In this document: positions 18,312 to 28,067 of the stretch, piece after piece
How the letters are laid out: every line of letters begins with the position of its first letter
Numbering within the stretch: the first letter of the stretch is position 1
Source of the DNA: a virus
IMG/VR virus record: IMGVR_UViG_3300045988_083892
Coordinates: 1-38,328 of that record
Length of the DNA stretch: 38,328 nt
Strand: one strand, 5' to 3'
Position numbers and translations under genes: made by a program
Notes under the pieces: generated by a model
What the model was told of the DNA's origin: nothing
What the model saw: the letters and a program-made list of their open reading frames with translations, nothing else
Databases searched by the model: none

Positions 18312-19697
18312 ATGCCTCGATATAAACAGACAGCAGGCGGAACGGTACAAGTGGATTTGGGGACGCTGAACCCCAAACAGAAGCAGTTCTGCCAGTCCCG
18401 GAGCCGGTACACGGCTTACGGCGGTGCCAGAGGCGGCGGCAAGACACACGTTCTGCTGCGGAAGGCGGCAGGCGGCGCGCTCACCTACTCCGGCATCAAG
18501 ATCCTGATCGTGCGCCGGGAGTACCCGGAATTGGAGCAGAACATCATTCTGCCCATGCAGAAGCTGATCCCGCCGGAGGTGGGCAGCTACAACGGCAGTA
18601 TGCGCATGATGTTTTTCTGCAACGGCAGCATTATCAAGTTCGGCCACTACGGAGCGGGGGACGATCAGGAATATCAGGGACTTGAATTTGACTGGATCTT
18701 CATGGAGGAGGCCACCCAGTTCTCAGAATCCCAGTTCCGCACGCTGGGCGCGTGTTTGCGCGGCGCGACGAAGTTTCCCCGGCGGATGTACCTGACCTGC
18801 AACCCCGGCGGCATCGGCCACCTGTGGGTAAAGAGGCTGTTCGTGGATCGGGAATACCGGGAGGGGGAAAAGGCCAAGGATTACACCTTTATCCCCGCCA
18901 CGGTGGACGATAACCCCCAGCTTTTGGAGGCGTCCCCGGAGTACAAGCAAATGCTGGACCTACTGCCGGAGGATGTGCGGCGGGCGTGGCGCTACGGCGA
19001 TTGGAACGCCATGGCAGGCACGTTCTTCCCGGAGTTCCGGCGGGAGACCCATGTGATCACGCCCTTTGTGCGGGTGCCCCAGGAGTGGAAGAAATACCGG
19101 GCGTTCGATTATGGTCTTGATATGTTCGCCTGCCTTTGGGTGGCGGTGGACTTTGAGGGGCGGGCCTATGTGTACCGGGAGGTACAGCAAAGCGGCCTGA
19201 TCGTCAGCGAGGCGGCAAAGCTGGCAATTGCCCTGACGCCGCCGGAGGAACACATTGAGTTCACCATTGCCCCGCCGGATATGTGGAACCGGCAGAAGGA
19301 CAGCGGGCGGAGCATGGCAGAGATTTTTGCACAGAACGGATTAGGGCTGCTGAAAGCCAGCAATAACCGCGTTCAGGGCTGGATGGCCGTCAAGGAGCTG
19401 CTGAAGCCCATGAAGAGTGACACGGACCGGCCCGGACTACTGGTGACGGAAAACTGCGTGGGCCTGATCCGCAATCTGCCCTCCATCCAGCATGACGAGA
19501 AAAACCCGTCGGACTGCGCCACGGAGCCCCACGAGATCACCCATATCTGCGACGCTGCCCGGTATTTCTGCGTGACCCGCGTTTTGGGCGCTCAGAAAAC
19601 CGTGGAGAAGATCGTGGACGATTTCGACGAGGGCGAGGACTACGATGACGTGATGACGGGCGGGGAAATGACCGCCGGTTATCTATCATACGGATAA
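18312..19697 (+). CDS. terL: Terminase large subunit
   Basis: Walker A is YGGARGGGKTH and Walker B-like is FDWIFMEEATQF. It has a C-terminal nuclease-like region and is 461 aa with an AAGGAG RBS. Confidence 0.9.
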   Translation: MPRYKQTAGGTVQVDLGTLNPKQKQFCQSRSRYTAYGGARGGGKTHVLLRKAAGGALTYSGIKILIVRREYPELEQNIILPMQKLIPPEVGSYNGSMRMMFFCNGSIIKFGHYGAGDDQEYQGLEFDWIFMEEATQFSESQFRTLGACLRGATKFPRRMYLTCNPGGIGHLWVKRLFVDREYREGEKAKDYTFIPATVDDNPQLLEASPEYKQMLDLLPEDVRRAWRYGDWNAMAGTFFPEFRRETHVITPFVRVPQEWKKYRAFDYGLDMFACLWVAVDFEGRAYVYREVQQSGLIVSEAAKLAIALTPPEEHIEFTIAPPDMWNRQKDSGRSMAEIFAQNGLGLLKASNNRVQGWMAVKELLKPMKSDTDRPGLLVTENCVGLIRNLPSIQHDEKNPSDCATEPHEITHICDAARYFCVTRVLGAQKTVEKIVDDFDEGEDYDDVMTGGEMTAGYLSYG

Positions 19698-19711
19698 AGG
19701 AGGCCCGGACG

Positions 19712-21559
19712 ATGGCTCAAATCACATCCAGCAACGATATTCAGGTGTTGAAGATTCGCCAGTTTCTGGGCCTGAACGAGAACCCGGACGGGGATACCAA
19801 GATCAAGAACGGCGAAATGAGCAAGATGCGGAACTTCCGCGTGACGCGGGAGAAGCACTTGCAGCTCCGCCCCGGCACCAAGACAGTCCTGAACCTGAAA
19901 ACGGCATGGGATGCATGGTGCGCGGAGAGCGGCCACACGGCCCCCACAGAGAGCCCTGTTTTCTCCGGGGCGTGGGAGGGCGTGGTAGACAGCAAGCAGC
20001 GGACCCTTGCCGCCTTCGGCGGGCTGATCTTCTCTCTGGACCCGGCGGCGCTTACCGTCAAAGTGGTAGGCCAGTGCACACAGGACCAGACCTCGTTCTT
20101 TGGCTTTTCCAACAAGGTCTATCTGCTGAACGGCCATGAGTACATGAGCTGGGACGGCAAGGAGGACAGCAGCTTTGCGGCGGTGGAGGGCTATATCCCC
20201 ACAGTGATGAACGCCACCACGCCTGCGGGCGGCGGGTTTCTGCTGGAAAACGTAAACCGGCTGACGGGCAAGCGAAAGGTGCTATATTCCCCGGACGGCA
20301 AGGAGACGGTTTTCCACATCCCGGAAAAGACAGTGGATGAGATCATCTCCGTGAAGATTGGAGACACGGCACAGACTTACACCTCTGACCTGAAGGCACG
20401 GACCTTCACCATTACCCCCGCCCCAGCCGCCGGGACCAACACACTGGAGCTGGTCTACCGCAGCGGCAACGGAGAACGGGCGCAGGTGACTGGGATGCGC
20501 TTCTCCGAGCTTTACAACGGCCAGACGGACAGCCGCGTGTTTCTCTACGGAGACGGCACTAACAAGACCATTTACTCCGGGATTGATTCCACCACGGGTA
20601 AGCCATCGGCGGAATACTTCCCGGATCTGTACGAGGCAGAGGTGGGCGAGGCCAACACGCCCATCACCGGCATGGTGCGCCATTACGCACGGCTGGTGGT
20701 ATTCAAACAGGACGCCACCTACTCCATGAGCTATTCCACACTGGTAACGGCTACGGATGTTACCACGGCGGCGTTCTACGTGACCCCTGTCAACCGGCAG
20801 TTCGGCAACAAGGCTCCGGGACAGGTGGACATTCTGGAGAACAACCCACTGACGCTGGACGATCAGGCGGTGTATCGGTGGCGGAGCGTATCTACCGGCG
20901 GCAATATCACCTTTGACGAGCGGAACGCGGAACGGATCTCCGACCGGGTAGAGGTGACGCTGCAAGGCTTTGACATGGCAGAAACCCGGACCTTCAACCG
21001 AAAATCGGCGCAGGAATACTGGTGGATGTACGGAGACAAGGCGCTGATCCTGAACTACGGCGCGGACGCATGGTATCTCTATACCGGACTGAGCTTCCGG
21101 GCCATGGTGGAGGTTGGGCTGGAGACCTACGGCTTCCGGCCCGACGGCGGCGTGGTGCATCTTTCCCGGCAGTACCGGAACGATGACGGCAAGGACATTG
21201 ACGCCTACGCAGCTACCGGCTCCATGGATTTTGACCGGGACTGGGTGCTAAAGTACAGCCCGCTTATTTTCGTGGCGATCCAGCCGGAGAGCAACGCCCG
21301 TGTGCATGTGACGGTGGAGACCAACCGCCGCAGCGACTACCCGGAGAAAACCGTATCCTCCGGCCTGACCACCTTTGCCCATGCGGATTTCGCCCACTGG
21401 TCTTTCGGCACCAACCGAAAGCCGCAGGTACGGCGGGTAAAGATGAAGGTGAAGAAGGCCACCTTCTACAAGCTGGTATTCAAGAGCAAATCGGCATCGT
21501 CTACCGCAACGGTTCTGGAGACGGATGTGCAGCTCCGCTATACCGGGAATGTGAAATAA
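19712..21559 (+). CDS. Virion structural protein, putative tail tubular protein B / nozzle (T7 gp12-like)
   Basis: 615 aa. The N-terminus FLGLNENPDGDTKIKNGEMSKMRNFRVTREKHLQLRPG parallels T7 gp12 GGISQQPD...NG...GLQKRP as I remember it. The protein is beta-rich throughout and lies between terL and the portal gene. Confidence 0.4.
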   Translation: MAQITSSNDIQVLKIRQFLGLNENPDGDTKIKNGEMSKMRNFRVTREKHLQLRPGTKTVLNLKTAWDAWCAESGHTAPTESPVFSGAWEGVVDSKQRTLAAFGGLIFSLDPAALTVKVVGQCTQDQTSFFGFSNKVYLLNGHEYMSWDGKEDSSFAAVEGYIPTVMNATTPAGGGFLLENVNRLTGKRKVLYSPDGKETVFHIPEKTVDEIISVKIGDTAQTYTSDLKARTFTITPAPAAGTNTLELVYRSGNGERAQVTGMRFSELYNGQTDSRVFLYGDGTNKTIYSGIDSTTGKPSAEYFPDLYEAEVGEANTPITGMVRHYARLVVFKQDATYSMSYSTLVTATDVTTAAFYVTPVNRQFGNKAPGQVDILENNPLTLDDQAVYRWRSVSTGGNITFDERNAERISDRVEVTLQGFDMAETRTFNRKSAQEYWWMYGDKALILNYGADAWYLYTGLSFRAMVEVGLETYGFRPDGGVVHLSRQYRNDDGKDIDAYAATGSMDFDRDWVLKYSPLIFVAIQPESNARVHVTVETNRRSDYPEKTVSSGLTTFAHADFAHWSFGTNRKPQVRRVKMKVKKATFYKLVFKSKSASSTATVLETDVQLRYTGNVK

Positions 21560-21571
21560 AGGGGTGAACCC

Positions 21572-23248
21572 ATGAGCAAACAGACGATGACCCCGGAGCG
21601 GGTCGGTAAGGAATACAGCGCGGGGATCAGCTTCAACAGCGGCATTGACCTCTATGACTGCGTGGAGACCAACGAAAATTTCTTCATCGGGAAGCAGTGG
21701 GAGGGTGTGCAGAGCAACGGACTCCCAACCCCCGTATTTAACTTCTTGAAGCGGGTGGTACTGTTCTCCGTGGCGAATATCTCCACGGATAATCTGAAAC
21801 TGTGGGCGCGGGCCATGTCCTCCAGCGGGGAGCGGAATACGCAGACCTTGGAGCTGGTGGCGGATATTCTCAACGATCAGTTCGCGTCCATCTTTGAGCA
21901 CAACAGCATCGGCGGGCGCATCCGGGAGTTTACCAGAAACGCCGCCGTGGACGGTGACGGCTGTATGTATACCTATTGGGACGATACGGCGGAGACCGGA
22001 CAGGCCAGCAAGGGGGCCATCCGCACGGAGGTCCTGATGAATACGCAGGTCCTGTTCGGCAATCCCAATAACCGGGACGTACAGAGCCAGCCCTACATCA
22101 TTCTGGAGCGGCGGATGCTGCTGAGTGAAGCCCGGAAGCGGGCCAAGCGGTACGGCAAAGACCCGGACGAGATCCAGCCGGACAACAAGGACTGCGGAAA
22201 CAACTATATGGATTCCATGAGCGGCAGCGGGAACAAGGTGACGGTGCTGCTCCGGCTGTGGAAGGATGACGAGACAGGCACTGTCCATGCCTACGAGTGC
22301 ACCCGGCAGGCAGAGATCCGGGGCAATCTGGACCTCGGTATCAAGCTGTATCCCCTGACGTGGATGAACTGGGACTATGTGCAGGACTGCTATCACGGAC
22401 AGGCCATGATCACCGGCCTGCTCCCGAACCAGATCTTTGTAAACAAGCTGTTCGCCATGTCCATGATCTCCCTTATGACGCTGGCCTATCCGAAGGTGGT
22501 ATATGATTCCACCAAGGTAGCCAAGTGGACGAACAAGATCGGCGGGGCTATCCCGGTGAACGGCAGTGTGGAGGGCGTGGCGAAGATCATTGACCCGGCC
22601 AGCATCTCCCCACAGATCAGCCAGTTTATTGATATTGCCATCAGCTACACGCAGAAGTTCCTCGGCGCATCGGACGTGGCGCTGGGCGATACCCGCCCGG
22701 ACAACACCTCCGCCATCATCGCCTTGCAACGGGCGGCGGCAACCCCCATGGAGCTGACGAAGCAGAACCTTTTGCAGAGCATTGAGGATCTGGGCCGCAT
22801 CTACATGGAGTTCATGGGCGAATACTACGGAGAACGGTATGTGGAGATCTCCAACCCCTATGACAACAGCAAATTGGTGGTCCCCTTTGACTTCTCCATC
22901 CTGAAGGAGATCCCCTTTACCATCGGACTGGACGCGGGCGCGGCTTCCTATTGGAGCGAGATCGCGGCCATGCAGACGCTGGACAACCTTCTGATGCAGG
23001 GTAAGATCTCCACGGTGGAGTATCTGAAGCGTCTGCCCGCCGGACAGATCACCGACAAGGAGGCGCTGATCCAGACCCTCCAGCAGCAGGAGCTTGCCAT
23101 GATGGGCGGCGGTCAGCCGGAAGCAGAGGGCGAACAGCCTGTTGCTCAGGAAGAAAACGTCCCCATTCGGGGCGGGGCCGGATACGGCCAGTTACAGCGG
23201 AAAATCAACGAGACAGGCGAAGTGCCAAAAACGGAGGTAGGTGCTTAA
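21572..23248 (+). CDS. Portal protein
   Basis: 558 aa. NENFFIGKQWEG near the N-terminus, the central LLPNQIFVNKLFAMSMISLM segment and the C-terminal helical tail resemble portal proteins. It sits in the packaging/head module. Confidence 0.7.
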   Translation: MSKQTMTPERVGKEYSAGISFNSGIDLYDCVETNENFFIGKQWEGVQSNGLPTPVFNFLKRVVLFSVANISTDNLKLWARAMSSSGERNTQTLELVADILNDQFASIFEHNSIGGRIREFTRNAAVDGDGCMYTYWDDTAETGQASKGAIRTEVLMNTQVLFGNPNNRDVQSQPYIILERRMLLSEARKRAKRYGKDPDEIQPDNKDCGNNYMDSMSGSGNKVTVLLRLWKDDETGTVHAYECTRQAEIRGNLDLGIKLYPLTWMNWDYVQDCYHGQAMITGLLPNQIFVNKLFAMSMISLMTLAYPKVVYDSTKVAKWTNKIGGAIPVNGSVEGVAKIIDPASISPQISQFIDIAISYTQKFLGASDVALGDTRPDNTSAIIALQRAAATPMELTKQNLLQSIEDLGRIYMEFMGEYYGERYVEISNPYDNSKLVVPFDFSILKEIPFTIGLDAGAASYWSEIAAMQTLDNLLMQGKISTVEYLKRLPAGQITDKEALIQTLQQQELAMMGGGQPEAEGEQPVAQEENVPIRGGAGYGQLQRKINETGEVPKTEVGA

Positions 23249-25729
23249 ATGGAGAAGCGATTGACAGCGGACCTGAACGTGGTAGCTAACTCCAATCTGG
23301 AGATCCAGCTGCTGGACGGCAATCTGAATATCATTCAGAAGCTGGATGACGAGCCGAACGACGTAGGCGGTCTGACCAGTGCGGAGCTAAAAGCCAAGTT
23401 CGACGAATCCGGCAACATTATCAAAAAGTACATCAATGAGACCCTGATCCCGGCAGTGCTGACGGATGACGCCACGGAAGAAAGCCGCAAGCAGGCGGAA
23501 GCGGCGCGTGTCGCGGCAGAGCAGGGGCGCGTGACCGCCGAGGAAGGCCGGGTATCTGCGGAAACAGCACGGGCAGCGGCGGAGCAAGCCCGGTCCGAGG
23601 CCGAAGCCTCCCGCGTGTCCGCCGAAAACGCGAGAGCGGCGGCGGAGACGGCCAGAGCCGACGAAACCGCCGGGATCGTAGCCCGGGCAACCGAACAGGC
23701 CAACGCGGCGGCGGGCAGCGCGTCCCAAGCCGCAGGCAGTGAGCAGAGCGCCAAGGATGCGGCGGGTACGGCCACCGGCGCGGCAATCTCCGCCAGCCAG
23801 TCGGAAACGGCGGCATCCGGCTCCGCGTCTCAGGCCAGCGCGGCAGCGGCGGCGGCGGCTGGAAGCGCCGCAGGCGCAGAGACTGCCAGCAAAACCGCTC
23901 AAAGCTGGGCCGTAGGCGGAACCGGCACCAGACCCGGGGAGGACACGGACAACGCCAAGTATTGGGCAGAGAAGGCACAGGCAGTTGTGGGCGGTGACTT
24001 CGCTACCAAGGTGGAGGCGCAGGGCTATGTAACGGCGCATAATGAGAGCAACGTCGCCCACTCGGACATCCGAAAGGCGCTGGAAGGCAAGGCGGCGGCC
24101 ACACACGCCAGCCAGCACGGGAAGGATGGGGCGGATCCCATTACCCCTGCGGCCATCGGCGCTGCATCGCTGGGCGCGGACGGCAAGGTGCCTGCAAGCC
24201 AGTTGCCGGAAACTAACACATATACCAAGGATGAAATACTCAAAGATGCCACGGCTGCCAAGTTTGGCAAGGATACCGGCGCTGTGCCGGATGAGGTGCT
24301 GGATGTGCTGAGCAAGAGCGTATTGGAGGGCACCTATCCGGTTGTAGATGTGTACGCGGGACAGAATTGGGAAAAGGGCACTGTGCCCAACGTCAGCGGG
24401 TCCGTGTGGCAGCAAATTGCGGTTGCAAACAACATCCTTTTTTCGTTCCCAATCAGCGGTACAACCGCAGTCATGTCAACGGACGGAAAAACATGGACAA
24501 CACTTACGATCCCAACTGTATCGGGTGGTTATAACTATGGTGGTAGACACAGAATTGTGTATGTGGGTGACACATATTATCTTCTGATACCCATTACATC
24601 AAGCCCATACAAGGCAATTATTTATGCTACGCAAAATCTGTCTACATGGACTTTAAAGTGCACGCTATCGCTAACTAACATTGCGTACGACCTGTTTTAC
24701 AGCAATTATCTGAGCAAATTTGTCCTTATCGACATATACGGCAAGGTGTATTTGAGCAGCGATGCGGAAAATTGGGAAAGCACATACAGCCTCGGAACGT
24801 CAGCGTCAAGCCATCCAACGTTTAACAATGGCATTGACGGTCCCGATGGCTTCTATATTGCAGTCCCCGTCTCCAAAAAAATTCAGGTCTTTAAGCTCAA
24901 ATCTGATAGTTTTGAAACGGTTTTTACGTCTGCGGACCTGTCAAACACAATCGAAAACGTTGCTTTTGTAAAATTTAAAGGAAAATATTTTGTGTATTCC
25001 GCGTATGGCATAGCGCACAGCGAGGACCTAAAAGCGTGGCAGTTGTCCGACGCAAATTATCAATCGAGCAGCGCAAATGTTACAACCATTACGCAGCAGC
25101 TTGCGTGCAGCGATGTCAATGTGCTCATTAAATTTGGCCTTGAGTCTCTTGTGAGCTTCGATGGACTTAATTTTAAACGCATTACGGATAGCGTGTCATC
25201 GCAGCAGGGGAGCATGGCATACATTAACGGCGTTTTCTGCTTCCATTCGCAAGGCGCTCCGTCCGCAATCAATCCTTATTACACCCCCGACACCACATTT
25301 AAGGACGAGCCGGGGCTGGTAGATGTGCTTGGAAATATGGTCAATATCCCATTAAAGCAAATTGCGGGGGCGGCAAGTATCGAGATCGGAACGTATACGG
25401 GCACCGGCGGATATGGCTCGTCGCATAGTCGGGCACTTGTTTTTGCTAAAAAGCCAATAATTGTTTTTGTGTTCCAGATTGAGGCAATGACAAACAATTA
25501 CGATGGCGGCTTGTGTATACTGTTTCCGTCCGCCGAAAAAATGGCAATATACGGGACAAACTCATTTACAACCTCCGAGAATATATTTAGCGCACAAGAC
25601 CTCGCTGTATCAGCAAGCGGCGCAAATATAACCTTAAAGTGGACCCCCGTTAGAGATATTTACGTCGGGGCGATGTGTAACAAAGCTAAAAAATATGGCT
25701 ATGCTGCTTTTTTTAGTGAGGAAGGGTAA
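23249..25729 (+). CDS. Tail fibre / receptor-binding protein: Ala-rich coiled-coil N-terminal half plus Asp-box (BNR-like) beta-propeller C-terminal half
   Basis: AEQGRVTAEEGRVSAETARAAAEQARSEAEASRVSAENARAAAETARA repeats are typical of phage fibres. The C-terminal half has STDGKTWTT, SSDAENWES, SEDLKAWQ and SFDGLNFK (S.D.G.TW-type boxes). Confidence 0.75.
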   Translation: MEKRLTADLNVVANSNLEIQLLDGNLNIIQKLDDEPNDVGGLTSAELKAKFDESGNIIKKYINETLIPAVLTDDATEESRKQAEAARVAAEQGRVTAEEGRVSAETARAAAEQARSEAEASRVSAENARAAAETARADETAGIVARATEQANAAAGSASQAAGSEQSAKDAAGTATGAAISASQSETAASGSASQASAAAAAAAGSAAGAETASKTAQSWAVGGTGTRPGEDTDNAKYWAEKAQAVVGGDFATKVEAQGYVTAHNESNVAHSDIRKALEGKAAATHASQHGKDGADPITPAAIGAASLGADGKVPASQLPETNTYTKDEILKDATAAKFGKDTGAVPDEVLDVLSKSVLEGTYPVVDVYAGQNWEKGTVPNVSGSVWQQIAVANNILFSFPISGTTAVMSTDGKTWTTLTIPTVSGGYNYGGRHRIVYVGDTYYLLIPITSSPYKAIIYATQNLSTWTLKCTLSLTNIAYDLFYSNYLSKFVLIDIYGKVYLSSDAENWESTYSLGTSASSHPTFNNGIDGPDGFYIAVPVSKKIQVFKLKSDSFETVFTSADLSNTIENVAFVKFKGKYFVYSAYGIAHSEDLKAWQLSDANYQSSSANVTTITQQLACSDVNVLIKFGLESLVSFDGLNFKRITDSVSSQQGSMAYINGVFCFHSQGAPSAINPYYTPDTTFKDEPGLVDVLGNMVNIPLKQIAGAASIEIGTYTGTGGYGSSHSRALVFAKKPIIVFVFQIEAMTNNYDGGLCILFPSAEKMAIYGTNSFTTSENIFSAQDLAVSASGANITLKWTPVRDIYVGAMCNKAKKYGYAAFFSEEG

Positions 25730-25732
25730 AAA

Positions 25733-26023
25733 ATGCGAATTATTGAGATCACGCCGCTGGACAACGGCGCACACAACAACCAGACCTCCAATGCCATCAT
25801 GACCCCGCCTCCCGGCTGGGCGGAGATACCGGCGGGTATGGCCGTGCCGGAGACGTTCCCGTTTGTTGACATCGAGGTGGAGGGCAATGTTGTGGTCAAG
25901 ATGACTGCTGGGACGGTGCCGGAGCCGGAGCCTGAGCCAACGCCGGAGCCGACGCAGCTTGACCGCATCGAGGCGCAGAGCGCCTACACCGCCATGATGA
26001 CCGGCACACTTTTGGAGGGCTGA
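25733..26023 (+). CDS. Small fibre-associated protein (XkdW-like by position)
   Basis: 96 aa with a PEPEPEPTPEPT linker and a QLDRIEAQSAYTAMMTGTLLEG tail. It lies directly upstream of the XkdX-like gene. Confidence 0.6.
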   Translation: MRIIEITPLDNGAHNNQTSNAIMTPPPGWAEIPAGMAVPETFPFVDIEVEGNVVVKMTAGTVPEPEPEPTPEPTQLDRIEAQSAYTAMMTGTLLEG

Positions 26024-26024
26024 T

Positions 26025-26159
26025 ATGAGAGACAAAATCGCAAAATGGTACGCGCAGGGCCTCTGGACGGAGGATATGGTACGTACAGCCGTGAAAAAGG
26101 GCGTTATCACCGAGGCCGAGGCGGAGGAAATTTTGGGCGAGAAAAAGCCGGAGGTTTAA
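26025..26159 (+). CDS. XkdX-family small phage protein (below the ORF-track cut-off)
   Basis: Hand translation gives MRDKIAKWYAQGLWTEDMVRTAVKKGVITEAEAEEILGEKKPEV. This matches the XkdX pattern W...Y..GLWT...V...V.KG.IT..EY..I. Confidence 0.7.
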   Translation: MRDKIAKWYAQGLWTEDMVRTAVKKGVITEAEAEEILGEKKPEV

Positions 26160-26230
26160 TCCTCCGGCAGGACCCACAGATACAAATGAAACCGGCTGAG
26201 TAAGCCGTAAAAATTGAAAGGAGAAACACT

Positions 26231-26557
26231 ATGAAGAAGAAGTTTGCCGAGATCATCAACGAGGGCAAGAAGAACGGCGAGAGCATCGAGGTTATCAACA
26301 CCAAGCTGAAGGAGGCCGGTGCCAACTTCCATTTAAACCCCGACGGTGGTATCGCCGGTTGGTCTGAGAAGGAAATGGCCGAGGGCTTCATCCCCGCAGA
26401 GACCGAGCCGGAGGACGTGAAGCATCTCCGTGACATCATGCGGTACAAGCCGGAGCTGGCGGGCCAGACCATGACCGTGACCGTTGCCGAGGGCCGCTAT
26501 GAGGTGACCTACAACGCCAACGGAAACCCGGTAAAGGCCGTGCGGGTGAACCACTGA
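26231..26557 (+). CDS. Hypothetical protein upstream of the holin
   Basis: 108-aa ORF with an AAAGGAGA RBS. No recognisable motif. Confidence 0.7.
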   Translation: MKKKFAEIINEGKKNGESIEVINTKLKEAGANFHLNPDGGIAGWSEKEMAEGFIPAETEPEDVKHLRDIMRYKPELAGQTMTVTVAEGRYEVTYNANGNPVKAVRVNH

Positions 26558-26583
26558 AGCACTGTGCAGGGAGGGCAAAAGCT

Positions 26584-27033
26584 ATGAACGCAGTACATAT
26601 TAAAAATCTGATTCTGGCGGCGCTGGCAACAACCGGCTCTGTCATCGCACAGGCTTTGGGCGGCTTGGATATGGCGCTGAAAGTGCTGATCTGCTTTATG
26701 GTGCTGGATTACGCCACGGGCTGGCTGGTGGCGGCGATCTGGCACAAGTCCGGGAAGAGCAGCACCGGGGCGCTGAGTTCCGATGCAGGCTTCAAGGGTC
26801 TCGCGAAGAAGTGCGTAGAACTGGCGCTTGTCTGGATGGGGGCGCTGTTAGACCAAGCTACATCCAGCGACTTTGTGAGAGACGCGGTTTGTATGTTCTT
26901 CATCGCCAATGAGGGATTGAGTATTTTAGAGAACACGGCCATTATGGGCGTTCCCTACCCGGCCTTTGTAAAGAATATGCTGGACGCCATCCGGCAGGCC
27001 AGCGACGAGGGCAAGCAGGAGGCCGGGACATGA
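26584..27033 (+). CDS. Holin (Phage_holin_4 / LL-H family)
   Basis: LDYATGWLVA ... LSSDAGFKGLAKKC ... FFIANEGLSILENTAIMGVP matches the family pattern DY.TG ... S..g.kG..kK ... NE..SI.EN. It has three hydrophobic segments. Confidence 0.88.
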   Translation: MNAVHIKNLILAALATTGSVIAQALGGLDMALKVLICFMVLDYATGWLVAAIWHKSGKSSTGALSSDAGFKGLAKKCVELALVWMGALLDQATSSDFVRDAVCMFFIANEGLSILENTAIMGVPYPAFVKNMLDAIRQASDEGKQEAGT

Positions 27034-28055
27034 TGACGAGAGCGGGCACAGTCCCGCTCTCCGACCTCCAATTTTTGAAAATCTATTTCAATAAGCGGCG
27101 TCTCCGCTCCACCACGGCCAACCTGAAGAAGATGCTGGCGGAGGCGGGCGGGGACGCTATCTGCAATGGCTCCATTTTCCTGCGGAACCAGACCCCGGCC
27201 TGCCATTTAAAGGCAGACGGTAAAGTTTACAAGGCCCCCAATTACCGGGCATGGGCCATCAGCTGGGACACCCCGGCAGACTTCGGCGTGAAAACCGTGC
27301 CCAACAGCGACGCAAACTACATGGAGTGCGTTCACCTCATCATCGACGGCAAGAAGATCAGCCCTATCCACTGCGGGGCGGACATGAAGTACAAAGCCCC
27401 GCGAACGGCCATCGGCACCAAGGATGGGCGGTTCGCCTACTACGTGAGCCGTGACCGGCGGACACCGGAACAGCTCCGTGACCTGCTGGCCGCGTCCGGC
27501 TGGGACAACGCCATTATGATGGACGGCGGCGGGAGCACCTGCTTCATGGATCCGACGGGCAAGGGCTTTACCGGGGACGGGCGGGTGATCCCGTTCTTCC
27601 TGGTGTGGAAACTGAAAAGCGGGGATGCGTGTGAGCCGGAAGGAGAGAAACCTATGGTAGAGATCAACGCCTATTCCAAGGCGAAGGACGGCAGCAAAAA
27701 GCTGTCCACAAACTTTACAGTGAAAGAATTTGCCTGCAAGGATGGCTCCGATGCCGTTCTGGTAGCCCCCCGGCTGGTGATGGTCTTGCAGAGCATCCGC
27801 AGTCACTTTGGCGTTCCGGTGGTCATTCACAGTGCCTACCGGACGCCGCAGTACAATGCCAAGGTGGACGGCGCAGAGCACAGCCAGCACTGCTACGGCA
27901 CGGCGGCGGACATCACCGTGAAAGGACAGACCCCGGCGCAGGTAGCGGCCTACGCAAGAGAGCTGATGCCGGACTGGGGTGGCGTTGGCGTATACAGTCA
28001 GAAGGGCTTTACCCACATCGACGTGCGGGAGGTCCGGGCCGACTGGAACGGATAA
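27030..28055 (+). CDS. Endolysin: N-terminal phosphodiester glycosidase (NAGPA-like) domain plus C-terminal Peptidase_M15-like domain
   Basis: The N-terminal half has AIMMDGGGSTCF. The C-terminal half has HSAYRTPQYNAKVDGAEHSQHCYGTAADI ... GGVGVY..FTHIDVR (the H..D..H zinc-peptidase pattern). It is coupled to the holin by ATGA. Confidence 0.85.
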   Translation: MMTRAGTVPLSDLQFLKIYFNKRRLRSTTANLKKMLAEAGGDAICNGSIFLRNQTPACHLKADGKVYKAPNYRAWAISWDTPADFGVKTVPNSDANYMECVHLIIDGKKISPIHCGADMKYKAPRTAIGTKDGRFAYYVSRDRRTPEQLRDLLAASGWDNAIMMDGGGSTCFMDPTGKGFTGDGRVIPFFLVWKLKSGDACEPEGEKPMVEINAYSKAKDGSKKLSTNFTVKEFACKDGSDAVLVAPRLVMVLQSIRSHFGVPVVIHSAYRTPQYNAKVDGAEHSQHCYGTAADITVKGQTPAQVAAYARELMPDWGGVGVYSQKGFTHIDVREVRADWNG

Positions 28056-28067
28056 GGAGGGCCAAGT

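Noticed and set aside
16491-18647. 718-aa ORF antisense to the scaffold, capsid and terL genes. Similar long antisense ORFs are 20282..21160, 21248..22729, 23387..24415, 27207..28538 and 30094..31989.
   Set aside because: The sense-strand genes have clear motifs, RBSs and coupling. The antisense products are Arg/Gly/His/Pro-rich low-complexity strings without RBSs. This is the usual stop-codon depletion seen opposite GC-rich genes.
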